The position numbers and the translations under genes were made by a program. A stretch of 64,000 bases of DNA, from positions 1,116,001-1,180,000 of the forward strand of contig ML978126.1 in NCBI GenBank assembly GCA_010015805.1. Direction: 5' to 3'. Each line of letters opens with the position of its first letter. The stretch's first letter is position 1. The notes under the pieces were generated by a model. The model saw only the letters and a list, made by a program, of their open reading frames with translations. It did no database searches and had not been told where the DNA came from. This document shows positions 1 to 13,942 of the stretch, one piece after another. The DNA is from Rhizodiscina lignyota (Eukaryota).

Positions 1-2792
1 GTCGAATAAGGTTAGTGGAGCTCTACATTCGTTGTCGGCCCGCTAGAACAATCGCTGACAGTGGCTTTGTGCAGGCTGCAGATGTTGTTGTCGACGAGAT
101 TAAATCCAAGGGCGGCAAAGCTGTACCGAACTACGACAGCGTCGAGAATGGCGAATCCATCATTAATACCGCGATTCAAAATTTCGGGAGGATCGACATC
201 CTGATCAACAATGCGGGCATCCTTCGAGATATAAGCTTTAAAAACATGAAGGACCAGGATTGGGACCTTGTGCTGGCAGTTCACGTCAGAGGAGCATACA
301 AAGTATGATTAGAATGGATTGAGGGAAACATTGGCATGCGCTGATACTACATTATCCAGTGTGCACGTGCAGCTTGGCCACATTTCCGCAAGCAAAAGTA
401 CGGACGGGTAATCAATACGGCATCTGCATCTGGTCTGTTCGGCAGCTTCGGCCAGGCCAACTATTCAGGTACGTCGTAGATCCGACCCTTACTATGCTTT
501 GGTCTGATACATTGCAGCCGCGAAGCTCGCGCTGGTCGGTTTCACCGAGACCTTGGCCAAAGAAGGCGTCAAATACAACATCCTCTGCAATGTAATTGCG
601 CCTGTTGCTGCGTCTCGGATGACGCAGACCGTCATGCCTCCCGAAGTCCTCAACAACCTCAAGCCAGAGTGGGTCGTTCCGCTCGTCGCAGTCCTCACAC
701 ACGAGTCGAATACGGAAACTGGTTCAATCTTTGAAGTTGGTGGCGGGCACATCGCAAAGTTCAGATGGGAGCGAGCAAAGGGGCTTCTACTGAGAGCAGA
801 CAAGTCCTATACTCCCGGAGCAATTTTGGCCAAGTGGGATAAAGTGAGCGACTTCAGTGAGCCAGAGTATCCATCTGGGCCTGCAAACTTTATGGAGCTC
901 TTAGAGAATGCCATGGAGCTCCCGCCGAATCCACCTGGAGAGAAGATTGACTTCAAGGGCAAAGTTGTCCTAATTACTGGAGCTGGTGGAGGGTGAGTGC
1001 ATCAATGCTGTAATTCTGGCTAACTTTGCTAATGGTCACTAGGTTGGGACGAGCATATGCCCTTCTGTTCGCGAAGCACGGTGCCAAGATTGTCGTTAAT
1101 GATCTGGTTAACCCAGACGATGTAGTCCAGGAAATCCGCAAGATGGGAGGTGAGGCTGCTCCCTCAAAGGCATCTGCGGAAGATGGCGACCTCGTCGTCA
1201 AACACACGATCGATGCTTTCGGTCGCGTTGATGTCGTTATCAACAACGCGGGTATCCTACGTGACAAGGCGTTTACAAATATGGACGATAAACTGTGGGA
1301 GAGTGTGATGAACGTTCATCTACGCGGCACATATAAAATCACCAAAGCGGCCTGGCCGTATATGCTGAAACAGAAATACGGACGTATTATCAACACCACT
1401 AGCACTTCTGGAATCTACGGCAACTTTGGCCAAGCAAACTATGCCGCAGCGAAATGCGGTATCCTGGGCTTCTCACGTGCGCTTGCGAGGGAGGGTGCCA
1501 AGTACAATATCTACGTCAACACAATCGCGCCAAATGCGGGTACCAACATGACCCGTACGATCATGCCGGAGGAGATGGTTCAAGCCTTCAAGCCAGATTA
1601 CGTTGCACCGATGGTTGTGCTCCTCTGCTCCGATAAAGTCCCAGAGGAACCGACTGGTGGCCTGTATGAAGTTGGATCTGGCTGGCAGGGTCGAACAAGG
1701 TGGCAGAGGAGCAACGGAGTCCGCTTCCCAATCGACGTTCCATTGACCCCCGAGGCTGTGGCCAAGGTCTGGGACAAAATCCTCGACTTTGACGATGGTG
1801 AAGCAGACAACCCTGAATCAGCACAAGATGCGCTCGGAAAGGTCATGGCCAACTTCTCAAACAAAGCTAATTCCAGCGACGATGAGGAGGACGGCGATTC
1901 CGACAAAGAAGACTACCTTGCGAACATCGAGGCGGCGAAGAAGGCCAAGGCAGAGGGAACCGAGTTCTCCTACAACGAGAAGGATGTCATCCTATACAAC
2001 CTTGGCCTAGGCGCTAAGCGCACTCAGCTCCCACTGGTCTACGAGAACTCGGACGATTTCCAAGTCCTCCCGACATTCGGCGTCATCCCTCCCTTCAACG
2101 CCACCGCACCGTTCAGCCTGAGCGATGTGATGCCAAACTTCTCGCCCATGATGCTCCTGCACGGCGAGCAGTACCTCGAAATCCGCAAATTCCCAATCCC
2201 CACTGAAGCAACACTCGTCTCCTACCCTTCCCTGATCGAGGTCCAAGACAAAGGTGCCGCTGCCGTCGCAGTTACCGGCACCGTCACGAAGGACAAGGAC
2301 TCCGGCGAGGACGTGTTCTACAACGAGGCCACCATCTTCGTACGTGGCGCCGGCGGCTTCGGAGGCTCACCCAAAGGCAAGGACCGTGGCCCCGCGTCGA
2401 AGAACTACAAGCCGCCGCAGCGCAATCCGGACGCCGTCGAGGTGGAGAAGACGTCGGACGACCAGGCTGCGCTGTACCGTCTCTCCGGCGACAGGAATCC
2501 GCTGCACATCGATCCCGAGTTCAGCAAGGTTGGTGGCTTCAAGACCCCCATCCTGCACGGGCTGTGCTTCTTCGGTATCGCGGGTAAGGCGGTGCTTAAG
2601 CACTTCGGGTACTATAGGAATATTAAGGTGCGGTTTGCGGGCACGGTGCTGCCGGGTCAGACGCTCAAGACGGAGATGTGGAAGGAGGGCAAGGTTGTGG
2701 TTTTCCAGACCACGGTGGTGGAGACGGGCAAGCTATGCATTTCTGGTGCAGGGGCAGAGTTGATGGAGGGTGCTGAGAAGGCGAAGCTGTAG
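1..2792 (+). CDS. FOX2: Peroxisomal multifunctional beta-oxidation enzyme (two SDR domains + MaoC hydratase), 5'-partial
   Basis: Two SDR domains (NNAGILRD, GxFGQANYxAAK, TGAGGGLG), hydratase motif [14 protein letters not shown] and C-terminal PTS1 AKL. Introns 11-74, 303-359, 469-517 and 993-1042 restore the frame. Confidence 0.97.
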
Positions 2793-3068
2793 ATTGACAG
2801 GACATGTGAAGGTTGGGTATCATCGTCAAGCTTGGGAGTAGGTTTGATGCAAGGAAATGAAATAGCAAAGCTGTAAATTGAGCGACTTGATAAGAGGTTT
2901 GGCTATCATCGCCCTTTGGCTAGCACGTACTTTGGAAGGAAAATGTAAAAGTAGTGAAATTCAATCAATGTCGATAGGCTCGCGATGCTGCAGTTATATT
3001 AAGTGGGAATGTATTCCAATTGCGCCTATGCCAAACTATCTGGGTATATAACTATCTTGTATATCGCT

Positions 3069-4955
3069 CTATGAAGTCTTTTCCCCAACCGGAGCTTGCC
3101 CTTCTACCGGATGGTTTTCTTCACCAACTACGCCTTCTTCCACATCGCCCTCGCTTAGTGCCTTCTCTTTCGCTTCCCTCTCTATTCTCTGTCTCCTCTC
3201 CTCCCTCCACTGAGGACCCCATTTAATCAGCACCCACTGAATGGGACTAAACGCGGCAACCACCAAAGCAATAAACGTGAAACACCACCCTCGTCCCATG
3301 GCATCCACCATTTCAACGATAATACCCGTACCGGCCGCACCGATCAGACATCTGACCAAATTATTCGCCGCCGTCGCCGTCGCAGGAGCTTGTAAATACA
3401 CATCGACCAACAGCACTGACTGTGCGTTGAATCCGCCAGTGAGCGTGAGGCCTATCACGAAATGTAGGATGAGCGGTGCCGCGAGCGGGGCGTTGATCTC
3501 GAGCATCCAGCCGTACAGTACATAACACACCAGACCGATGTAAATAAGCGGCGTCGCTACCGCGAGCCGCACTTTCTCTAGCGGGAAATCCTTCAGGTTC
3601 TGCGCCACACGGCGATCAACCGAGATGCCCATCTGCCTCGCAGTGCGCGCAAAGTTCCAATCAAGTAGGCGGCCGATGAGGATCGGGGCACACATGGCGC
3701 CGACGCCGAATGGGATGCAACTGATGCCGATCTGCAGGTCGTCGAAGCCGTAGATCTGTGCGAAGAGGTACGGCTGCGACGCGAGGATGTCGAAGAAGGA
3801 GGTGTAGATGATGCTGTTGTATAGCAGCAGCAGACCGAGGTCCTTTTCGAACACGATCTTGATGGTGTTCCACGGGTTGGGGAAGCGAAGTTCTCTTTTA
3901 CGTGCGAGTGCTGCGCGGGCGGCACGCTGGGAGTCGCGCGATACGGTGCGGGAGAGCGTGCCGTTCGCGGCGTCAGCTTCACGCTGCTTTTGGAGTTTGC
4001 GGTGCTGCAGGTAGGCGATGAGGGACATGTTCCAGCCTTGGGGTCTGATGCTGCCGTCGCCGACGATGTTGCGGCACGTCTCGGGGTAGAGGATGAAGAA
4101 TGGGACGAGATAGGATCCGGCGAAGATGGTAAGGAACCAGAATATCGACCTCCAGCCGAGAAATTGTGCTAGAATACCACCAAGGACAGGCCCTATGGCT
4201 GGGCCTATCATTAGGGCTGACATTGACCACCCCATCCAGACGCCTCTTTCTGCAGAGGTTGCTATGTCTGCCACGACGCCAGATGTGATGGCGACCATGC
4301 CGGATGAGCCTGAAGATTGGACGCACCGGAGGATGAAGAGTGCAGCATATGAATTCTGGAGCGCAAGACCTTGAAAGCAATGTTAGCATCTTCTTCTTTC
4401 GATATCTGACCCTTTATGCGTCGTACCAATATTTGCAGCAATATAGATAATAAATCCAATTACAATTGTCGGCCGTCTACCAGCCATATCGCTAAGGTCA
4501 CCCATAATACTTGGAGCTAACCCCTGAAAAATCATGTACGATGTCAATGTAAGATTGATGAGCGTGTTGCTGACATGTAGGTCTGCTGAGAGCGTATTGA
4601 GTGCTGGAAAGTAGATTTGTGCTGTGATGGGACTAATGATTCCGCCCCAGCACATCATGAAGACGATGAATGTTTTCTGTCTCTTCGTGAAGATCGAATG
4701 AACCTTGGGCTGGCCAGAGGCCGTTCCTTGTGCTTCGAGGTCGGCATCTTGGGCCGTGATGTTGTCGTTCGGCTCCGGCTCTGGGCTAGATATCGCAATT
4801 GACGATGGAGTTTTGGGCCGAGCATCATTCTTTTGCTCGTACGCCTCGACTTTCTCGTCTAGTTTTTCTTCGTAAGCTATAACATGTGTCGCATGTGGTT
4901 GCGGAGAGAGATGTTCCGCATCGTTCGCCTTCTTTTCGTTAGATGGGGATATCAT
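3069..4955 (-). CDS. MFS drug:H+ antiporter (DHA1, Qdr/Aqr-like)
   Basis: IYFPALNTL, YMIFQGLAPS, GDLSDMAGRRP, GPAIGPVLGG, LGWRSIFWFL and AANNLVRC motifs; intron 4370-4426. Confidence 0.92.
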
Positions 4956-5453
4956 GATGTTCTAAGAAAATCGTCTGGAGACAGAGACATTGGGAATTGA
5001 GGCTTAAACAGACAGATATATGTACATAGACAGTAAGAGAGATTCTTGAACGAGGCCATGATGACTATCTGAAAATGATATCTGTCGTGCGTACGGCACT
5101 AAGGCAAATCACGATACTTACCGTATATCCGCACCATTAGCGAATGAAGGAAGAGATTTAGTGCCGCATAGTGTCTGATACCATCGACACGGCTCGGAGG
5201 TACCGATGTATCAGTGCTGAGAGCTTTTGATAGAAGACGGTGAGGTCGTTTTTATGCCGATATTGCCGGTAGAGTACTAGCACATAGTTCTGCATTTGAT
5301 CCGAGTTCGCTTAAATACCGATTACTCAAGCCGAGATCGGACCGCTTCCCTCACGTGCTCTCGCGACTGACAGCTGGAGCTTCGAGCTCTGAAGCGTGGA
5401 GAGTAATCCACATCTCAAACGCGCTCGCGAGGGACAGCTCCAGTCCAAGCGCG

Positions 5454-6546
5454 ATGGACATCACACCTCAGTACTACGATCTATGCCGACAGGTTCGACC
5501 AGGCATCCAATTGAAGCTTTACACCTTCAACGTGGACACCCTCAACGAGTTCCTCAAAGAAGCGTACCGCATAGTGCACACCACTTCCCCCATGTTGTCC
5601 CCAACTCATGGCTAACAAACCCCAGAATACACACATCTCAGAATTAGTAACCTACCTCCGCCGCATCCGCCCGGCGTACCTCAGCCTATCGCAACCTGCG
5701 CGCCACACACGCCTCCGCCAATCGACCGACACGCACCTCACCGACGTCCAGCGTGCGCAAATCGATGCCTCCACGTCGCAATTGCTCTCGCAGATCAACG
5801 CGTCCATCACGCAGCTGCATACGGCCGAAACGGCCAGAGCAGAGGGGTACATCCAGATCGCGGCGAAGAAGCGGCAGCGCGGGCTGGGCGTGCTGAAGTC
5901 CTGGGCTAGCGGGGGAGGAGTTGTTGCAAAGAGCCCGGAGGAACAGGAGGAGGATGGGCGGGAGGAGGCGCTGAGGCTGTATAGAGAGGAGGTGGTGAGG
6001 TATTTGCGGCGACGGCTGGAGCGTGCGGGGGAGGCGCAGAGGGGGATGGTCGAGGTGCGGCTGGAGAGGGAGAGGGAGAAGGAGGCCAGTGTGCTGTATA
6101 AGATCCGGGGGGCTGAAGGATCAAGAATGGGTGGGAGTGGAGATTGGAGTAGGATGGGATTTGCTGGTTCTGATGGTCTGAGGGTGGAAGAGCTGCAACG
6201 GGAGAAAGAGGCGGAAAGCGAATTGAGCCCGGAGCAGTTGCAGCTCTTTGAGAAGGAGAATTCTAGTATGCTGAAGCATTATACGGATCAGCTGGACCAG
6301 GTCAAGAATGCGGAGAAGAGCTTGATTGAGATTTCGGATTTGCAGACGACGCTGGCGGCGAATCTGACTGTACAGGCGGATAATATAGACATACTGGTGG
6401 AAGACTCATTCATGACGCACGAAAACGTGGGCAAGGGAAACAAAGAGCTGAAAAGGGCAAGCGAGAGGAAGAGCACGGCACAGATGGTATTTTGGACTAC
6501 GTGTGCGTTTTGCACCGGGTTGGTGGTTTGGGACCTGATATTCTGA
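5454..6546 (+). CDS. UFE1: ER Qa-SNARE Ufe1/syntaxin-18
   Basis: MDITP start, EFLKEAYRI/NTHI, LTDVQRAQID, ELSPEQLQLFEKEN, a SNARE heptad region and a C-terminal TM ending WDLIF; intron 5574-5625. Confidence 0.92.
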
Positions 6547-6783
6547 GCGAGCAGAAGTTCCATACCCAAGTTTATATTGGCTCATGAGAGACGGAAGTGG
6601 AATTGGTATCCATTTTGTCTAACCAGGACTCCTGGATATACACAAATAAAGGCACCATGTCGCAGTGCATAATAGAATCAGAGCATAGAAGCATTCCCCG
6701 TCAACCAGCCATATCAGCATCACTTCATCCCGTCATCACCGTCATCTCGACACCCTTCAAGAGTGGTATACCACCTGGCCAGA

Positions 6784-8280
6784 CTAGTTCGTGGCTCTCA
6801 CAATCTTGTTTATGGCCTCAGCCACGTACTGGACGTTGTTCGTGTTGATACCAGCCATTGAGACACGTCCGTTCTTCGTCATGTAGATGTGCGAGTCTGC
6901 CCTGAGCTTCTGCACCTGTGCCTCAGTCAGGCCGGTGAAGCTGAACATGCCAATCTGATCCGTGATGTGGTTCCACGTTCCAGGCGTGCCAAGCTCCTCG
7001 AGCTTCGAGCGCAGTGCCTTGCGCATCTCGATGATGCGGCTAGACATGGTGCGCAGGTCCTCCTCCCACATTGCGAAGAGCGCGGGGTCGTTCAGGACGA
7101 GGGAAGCAATGCGGGCACCGTAGGCTGGGGGGTTCGAGATTTCAGAGCGCTGAAGAATGGCGAGTTGAGAAGCAACACGAGTCGCAACATCTGTGGCGTC
7201 CGAGGCTGGAGCAGCGACGAAGTGGAAGCATCCAGCACGCTCGCCGTACAGGCCAAAGTTCTTGGCGTATGATTGCGCAACGACCAGCTCGAAGCCTTGC
7301 TCGACGAAGTAGCTGATTGCCCAGCCGTCGCGCGCAAGATCACCGGACGCGAAACCCTGATACGCGCAGTCGAAGAAGGGGAAGAGGTTCCTCGCCTTCA
7401 TGACCTCTGCGACCTGCTTCCACTGATCTTGTGTGGGGTCGACACCGGTGGGGTTGTGCGCGCATGCGTGCAGGAGGATGATGGAGCCCTCAGGGGCAGA
7501 CTTGATGCTCGAGAGCATGCCATCGAAGTCGAGACCGCGGGTCTTAGCGGAGAAGTAGGGGTAGGTGGTGATGGGGAGGTTGACGTTGCTGAAGATCTGG
7601 TTGTGGTTGGCCCACGTGGGGGAGGAGAAGTACACGGACGAGGTTTGGCCGGGGCGGTAGAACTTCTTGAGGAAGAGAGCGCCGAGATGGACAGCTCCAG
7701 TACCGGAGATGGTTTGCAGTGATGCCACCTGTTCGTGGAGTGAGTATGTCGTGGTCAGGACGAAAGGTTCGTCGAAAAGGAAGCATTGAGCTCAGGTATG
7801 ATGTAGGTCATGGAACGCACCCTCTTCTCGCTAATAGCAGGGCTATTCTTCCCAAGAATGAGCTTCTGCGAAGCGCTTGTGAATTGCTGAAGACCGGCAA
7901 TAGGAAGGTATTCGTGGTCGAGGTTCGGATCGCTTCTCAGCACCGCATCCGCCTATGCAAAGTCAGAGAGTTATGTTTCAGAATATGCGCCGCAGCTTAA
8001 GGCTACAATGAGGATCAATTACCTTCTTGACCACTGGCAAGACCCACGGCTTTGCATTGTCGTCTCTGTAAGCTCCAATGCCCAAGTCGACCTTCTTCTC
8101 AAACGTGTCTGCCCTGTACGCGGTCATCAGCCCGAACAGCGGGTCCTCAGGCGCCTTGGGGACGACATCTGCGGCGAAGGACGTGGTCTTGTGGGTGCCG
8201 TTGGTAGCCATGTGTGCCGATAATTGCTGTAGTCTTCGTGTTGGTTGTGGGGGAGGATGTGGAGTTGCGGAGGGAGACAT
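6784..8280 (-). CDS. AAT2: Aspartate aminotransferase, cytosolic type
   Basis: KVDLGIGAYRD, QTISGTGA, HACAHNPTGVD, DCAYQGFASG and the PLP-lysine motif SYAKNFGLYGER; introns 7953-8022 and 7729-7820. Confidence 0.96.
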
Positions 8281-9500
8281 TTTTTAGAGCTGGGCTCTGC
8301 TGCAAGAAGCTCACCGCAACGCACCACCAAAGCCCGTGCTCCGATGCAGCCTCTTCCTTGATTCGGACGCGAATCCCGCGGGAAGAAAATTCCTTTGACT
8401 GCTGGCGTTTGCTCTGACTCGATCACGACAGGCGAGCGAATGCGGCGACGACAGATATCGCATGCAATGGACACTCGACGGTTATATCCAGGTGCGCGGA
8501 CCGTTCACTCAAGCTTGTGACGCTCATGCATCGTTTGGACTCGGGATCTCTTATGTCATTTTCGCCTCGGTGACAGGCCCTGAAGCCACGAGATTCGGAC
8601 GGCACTCCTGCATCCCTTTCACGCAGTATTGAACCTCGGCCTAGCACTAGAGCATAGCCACGAGCGTTTCGCCCTCCTGCTCCATGCCCGGCAATATGCC
8701 TCTAAAGCAGATTCCGCTGTCGGCAGAGAGACGGCGATGACCAAACCAAACCAGCTCTGCAGGTACAATGCATTTCGTATCTCCCATGCTTCCCGCGCAT
8801 GCATGCAGCGAATAAGACCGAGAGAATTTCACACACTACCAAATTCACCTCCAGACCAAGAGATGAAAGTCTGAGGCGGCGCAACAACAACCGCCGTAGC
8901 GCATACCAATCAGGAACCCCTGCATGCGGATCATCCCGCTGCGCGATGCTACTCTCGAGTTCATGTACGAGTTGGAATATAAAAGCTCACGCTCCAAAGC
9001 CAAGGGATGTGGGAGCAAACACCCCACTATGTTTGGGTACAGGCGTTTTGGCTGTTGGTATTCTTGCTAGTGACAGATCCCTGTTGATTGAGCGGTCGTG
9101 CTCGCTATCATTAAACTTGATTGATGATCACCATCGTTAAAGTGCAGTGAGTATTTCTCCTTTTCAACAATGTCCTCATTTTCGACGTCCACTTCCTCGC
9201 ATTGGTCCCCTGGAGCGTCGACGTCGTTGCAATTGGTAGTCTCATGGGTTTTCTCCTGCATCGCACTATCTCTGAGGGTAGAATGTCAAATTACTGCTGT
9301 CATGCACGCGGAGCCCTCTTTCCTGCTTCAAACAATAAAACTCCTGCTTCTGGGCCCCTTTCTGAGCGTATTAGACGTTGCGGTCTGGTATCGATCCGTC
9401 GCATCGAGTCCGGATCAACAATAGACAAAAGACTCAGAGGGAGCTCATTACCCATCGACAATCGTCACGGAAATAATTGTCCAACATATGATTCTGTACC

Positions 9501-10446
9501 ATGATCATGGATATATACGACAAACCCAAATACATTGTAGAAGACACGGACCGGGGCTATGTCGTCCGATCCAAAGACTCAGAAGAAGATGTAGAGTACA
9601 TCTCATTCCCAAAGCGCCTGGACAAGGCAGTCATGCGAGACGGACTGCTATTATATCACACCGCATGTTCGAAAACGTCTCGAGGACTCACCGATATAGA
9701 GCTCGACAATCTCGATGAGGATATCTTTAAACAAGATCGCTGCGAAATGGATAGCATTCTTCAGCGTATGGCGAAAGACAAGATAACCCAGCGCTGGATT
9801 CGGAGCCGACTGCTTGCTGTGGCAGATTGAGGATTGCCACGGTATGTGGGCGGAATACCTCGACTATATGATCGAGTGCATAGACCTCGTACTCCGCATA
9901 TGCCCATTGTGGAGGAGATGCCAGAGGATCCAGAACCAGAGCCGAAACCAGAGCCTGGACAGCGCTGTCCACGTAAGTGTTGGGCTCATGTGAATGTATG
10001 CCTGAAGAAATCGAAGCTTGGAAGAATAAATGGGGAGATGTACTCGGTTCGAAGCCATCGATTGGACAGCGCTGCCCCTGTGACCGCTGAGATTGCACTT
10101 GGACGCTTGAAGACCTTGAGGTATGGAAGGAGAAATAGGGGGATGCGATCAACGATAGATGGGGCCCCCAAATGGCACTCTTGACCTTCAAACAGAGTGC
10201 ATAGTGCCCTATTTGCCAGAGTACCTCGAGGAGCACATGGTATTTGACACACACTTCGATTATGCGACTGCGGAGCTAGAGACAGTGCGGAAATTGATCG
10301 ATGAGCTGCCCGAGGATGGCCGACCAAGTCAGTCGGATGTTGAGTGGATGCTCGGCGACGTACTTCAGTACCTGCGCTTACAGCCCAAGGTTACGGGGGA
10401 GCCGGAGCCGATGTCTGACAGGCAATATGATTGCAAGAGTGTATGA
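9501..10446 (+). pseudogene. Orphan gene or relic with an in-frame TGA at 9828-9830
   Basis: ORFs 9501-9830 and 9834-10184 are in the same frame, separated by one TGA, with protein-like composition. A donor-like GTAAGT lies near 9973 and a further segment at 10159-10446. No family recognised. Confidence 0.35.
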
Positions 10447-12495
10447 ACAAGGTGCAGAAAGTATGAAGATGCTTAGGAAGACGCTGTAATTGATGATTAG
10501 CATGTCTAAACGTATAGTGCAGAAGAATTCGATTTACCAATACATACTTCGATGTTTATCCTCTCTTCCACTGTATTTGGCCGCATGACGTCCAGGTCCG
10601 AAATGAAGAGAATCCAGTCGCGAAGCTTGAAGGGACCTCGATTTCTCCAAGTACACGATCTGAAGAGCCTTGGGCAACAATGTCCATTAGACAACACCTG
10701 TGCTCGCCCGAGCACGTCAAGTGGGCAACGCTGAATCTAGTAAGTTCCTCTTACATGCGTCGCGGCCTTCGTGTTTAACTGTGCGTCATGTTCCTTATTC
10801 GATACATCGTCCGGTGGCGAGAGGGTTATAGAGCGGCCGTGAATAATCGAGTTGCATATGGCAAATCACACGGCTTGGAACAGAGAAGGGAGGCACGGAG
10901 ACTAAAGTGTTGCTCGGCACTATAAACCGGCAGATAGGAAGAGCGGCTTATGACATACTTTTACTGTTTCAGGATATCCAGCGGATTGATCGGAAGAAGC
11001 TTCTCCTATACTCAAGCCATGTGTCAGACACAGGGTACACAAGAAAGAAGTTGCGAACGCGTTCGGACTTATCGCGCTAAAGTGCATGTTCAATCCCCGG
11101 GAAAGAGACCCTAGTAACGGTGTTTGCGAGTGCTTAGCAGCACGAGTAAATGCGATAAGAATAAGCATCTACGCCATGCAACACGTGTAAAGAGAGAGCG
11201 TGCCCCAGAAAGGAGACGCGCAAGCAGAAATAAAAGTGGTGGTCGGTGGTAGGGTACGTAACAGGAGAAAAACGTTCAGCGACAACACACTAGTGTGCTC
11301 TAGGTTGCGGACCAAACAGGTAAGAGGCATGCTAACAACTCGTATGCAGATCCTCAGCCATCAGCAGGTGGTAGAAGCAGATGCAAACACATAGGTGAGC
11401 GCGAAACTCAAGCCTGGTTACGGCTCAGCAAGAGTACGGGTTGGCAGAGAAACTTTACGCTCTAGATCAGTGGTCAAACAGAGAAGACTGTCCATGATCT
11501 GCGAAACGAAGGCCCAGGCATAGTACACGAGGAGAAGAATAACCTGCCGTTGGCAGAAAATGTATGATGTCGTTCCATGTGCGGCGCCGTAGAAGGGTCT
11601 CCAGTGATGTAGCTCACGTACGCTCGGCGACTGGGTGGATACATAGGGGTGCGCCGGCTCCCGTAGCCCTTCAGACCAATCGTCGAACATAGTACAATAG
11701 GAAAAGAAGATACAAAGGCATAGTCCGAGAGGAGACGGGCGTATCCCGCAGAATGACAGAAGTGTAATTTAGTTGCTGTCATCTTGAGTCGGCGATAGGA
11801 TAATAGCGGAAAAGGAGCTGATTCTCCACAAAGACCTGCCTTTCCACTCTGGCAAACTTCACGTCGAAGGTTGGCTCTTGTCGGATAAAATTCGTCAAAA
11901 TCAGACCGTCCGTCGCTACAGAATAAAGTGGGGCAATGTGTTTAAGGGGTACCTCGTCCTTTACGCTTACAAACCCAATAATAACGTTAGCTGCGCCCCT
12001 TTTAGCCAAACATGGATAGTATCGCATCCTCCGCTTGCCTAGAAGGGGTATATTACAATCAGCTACATCAAAGAACCACACTATACAGGGTCGGTATAAC
12101 CTTAAACATAGACTCTATGGTAAGACGGCGCGCTGCACAACATATATAGATTCCGTCTCATCTACTAGCAGTTGTACCCCAATTCTGAATTTCTCCTTCT
12201 TGTAGAGTGCAGCCCCAGTAACGGCTCCACAGCTCGAAGGTTAGTTCTCAATGTGTCTCTAGCTGGAGAAAGAACCCATGTTTACGGGCGTTAGCCTTTT
12301 CGGTCGGACATAAGATCTGGCGCAGTTTCGCGCTTCGAAAGGCCGAGCCGATCTACCGTCCTGGACCGTCCCTTCCTTTTACGCCATCGAAATCCTATAT
12401 TTCACTTAATAAATATTTTCCACCATGCCGTCTTTCCTTCCAGTTCGCGCCTTCAGGTCGTCTTCTCTTTATCACTCTCCAATTCAATAGTAAAG

Positions 12496-13942
12496 ATGGG
12501 CATTGAAAAGGAACACGACCTTTCCCCCGAACCATCGTCCGCGTCCAGCGACGACGAGAACGCGCCCCAAGATATTCCCATAGAACAATTAGACCCAGAG
12601 AAGGCAATCGAAGTTACAGATGACACCGGCAAACCTCTCTCTGGACCTCAGCGCGTCCCAACGCCAAACCTCATCAGTCCTCCACCGAATGGCGGTCTCC
12701 AAGCTTGGTTACATGTTCTCGCCGGATGCATGCTCTTCTTCAACACATGGGGTATCTTGAACGCATTCGGCGTGTACCAAACATACTACGAAGCCGGAAC
12801 GCTCTTTCAGGAATCGTCTAGCAATATAGCATGGATTGGGTCAATACAAGCGTTCATGGTGCTACTGGTGGGCTTCTTCTCAGGCCCGATATTCGACAGG
12901 GGATACCTCCGACATCTCATGGCTGTGGGATCGTTTCTGGTGGTGTTTGGACATATGATGCTGAGTATATGCAAGACGTATTGGGAAGTCTTGCTCGCCC
13001 AGGGATTCTGTATCGGCATAGGAGCTGGTTGTTTGTATGTCCCGAGTGTCGCTATATTGCCTACATACTTCAGCACAAAACTGGGGCTGGCGATCGGACT
13101 TGCAGCAGCAGGTAGCTCGCTGGGTGGTGTCATTGTAAGTTCTTTCTCTTATTTTCGTGCATCAGTTGACTCTGTTGCTGACAATCATGAAGTACCCAAT
13201 AGTATTCTACCGCCTCATCAACGAAGTTGGATACGGCTGGGGCGTCCGCGTAATGGGATTTATGGCTCTTGTCACCCTGATCATCCCTCTCGTCGTAATG
13301 CGCATGCGCCTCAGACCCGCCAAGCCGAGAGCGCTCATAGACTGGGAAGCTTTCGTCGACTTCGAATTTATGCTCTTTACCGTCGGCACGCTGATCGGCT
13401 TCATGGGACTCTACGTCATGTTATTCTACCTCTCATACTACGCATCCGCCGAGCGTATCACAGATTCCGCAATGGCCTTTTACGTCGTTCCAATTCTTAA
13501 CGGTGCATCGACATTTGGGCGTACCCTACCGAACGCTCTTTCCGACTATGCGGGACCGCTGAACTTGATCGTGCCTGGCGCGATAGCGGTTGGCATTATC
13601 ATTTTCTGCATGCTCGTGGTTACGTCTGAAGCTGCAATCATTGTATGCGCCATTTTATTTGGCTTCTTCTCCGGCGTGTTCATTGCGTTGCCGCCGGTCA
13701 CTTTCGTGATTCTGACGAAGGACAAGAGTCGGATCGGCACGAGAATCGGCATGGGCTTTGGCATCATCGGTTTTGGCGTTTTGGCGGGTGGACCAGGCGG
13801 TGGAAATATCCTGGGAGAGAACCCGCCGTACAACTGGACCGGGTTGTGGGTGTTTGGCGGCGTGTCCGCCCTAGCCTCTGGCGCTATCTTCGCGTTTTTG
13901 CGATTCTGGAGAACTGGATTTAAATTGAAGGTCAAGGCATGA
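12496..13942 (+). CDS. MFS monocarboxylate-porter family transporter (Mch-like)
   Basis: PPNGGLQAW, NTWGILNAFGVYQ, AWIGSIQ, GPIFDRG, LAQGFCIGIG and GTRIGM motifs; intron 13135-13192. Confidence 0.93.
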
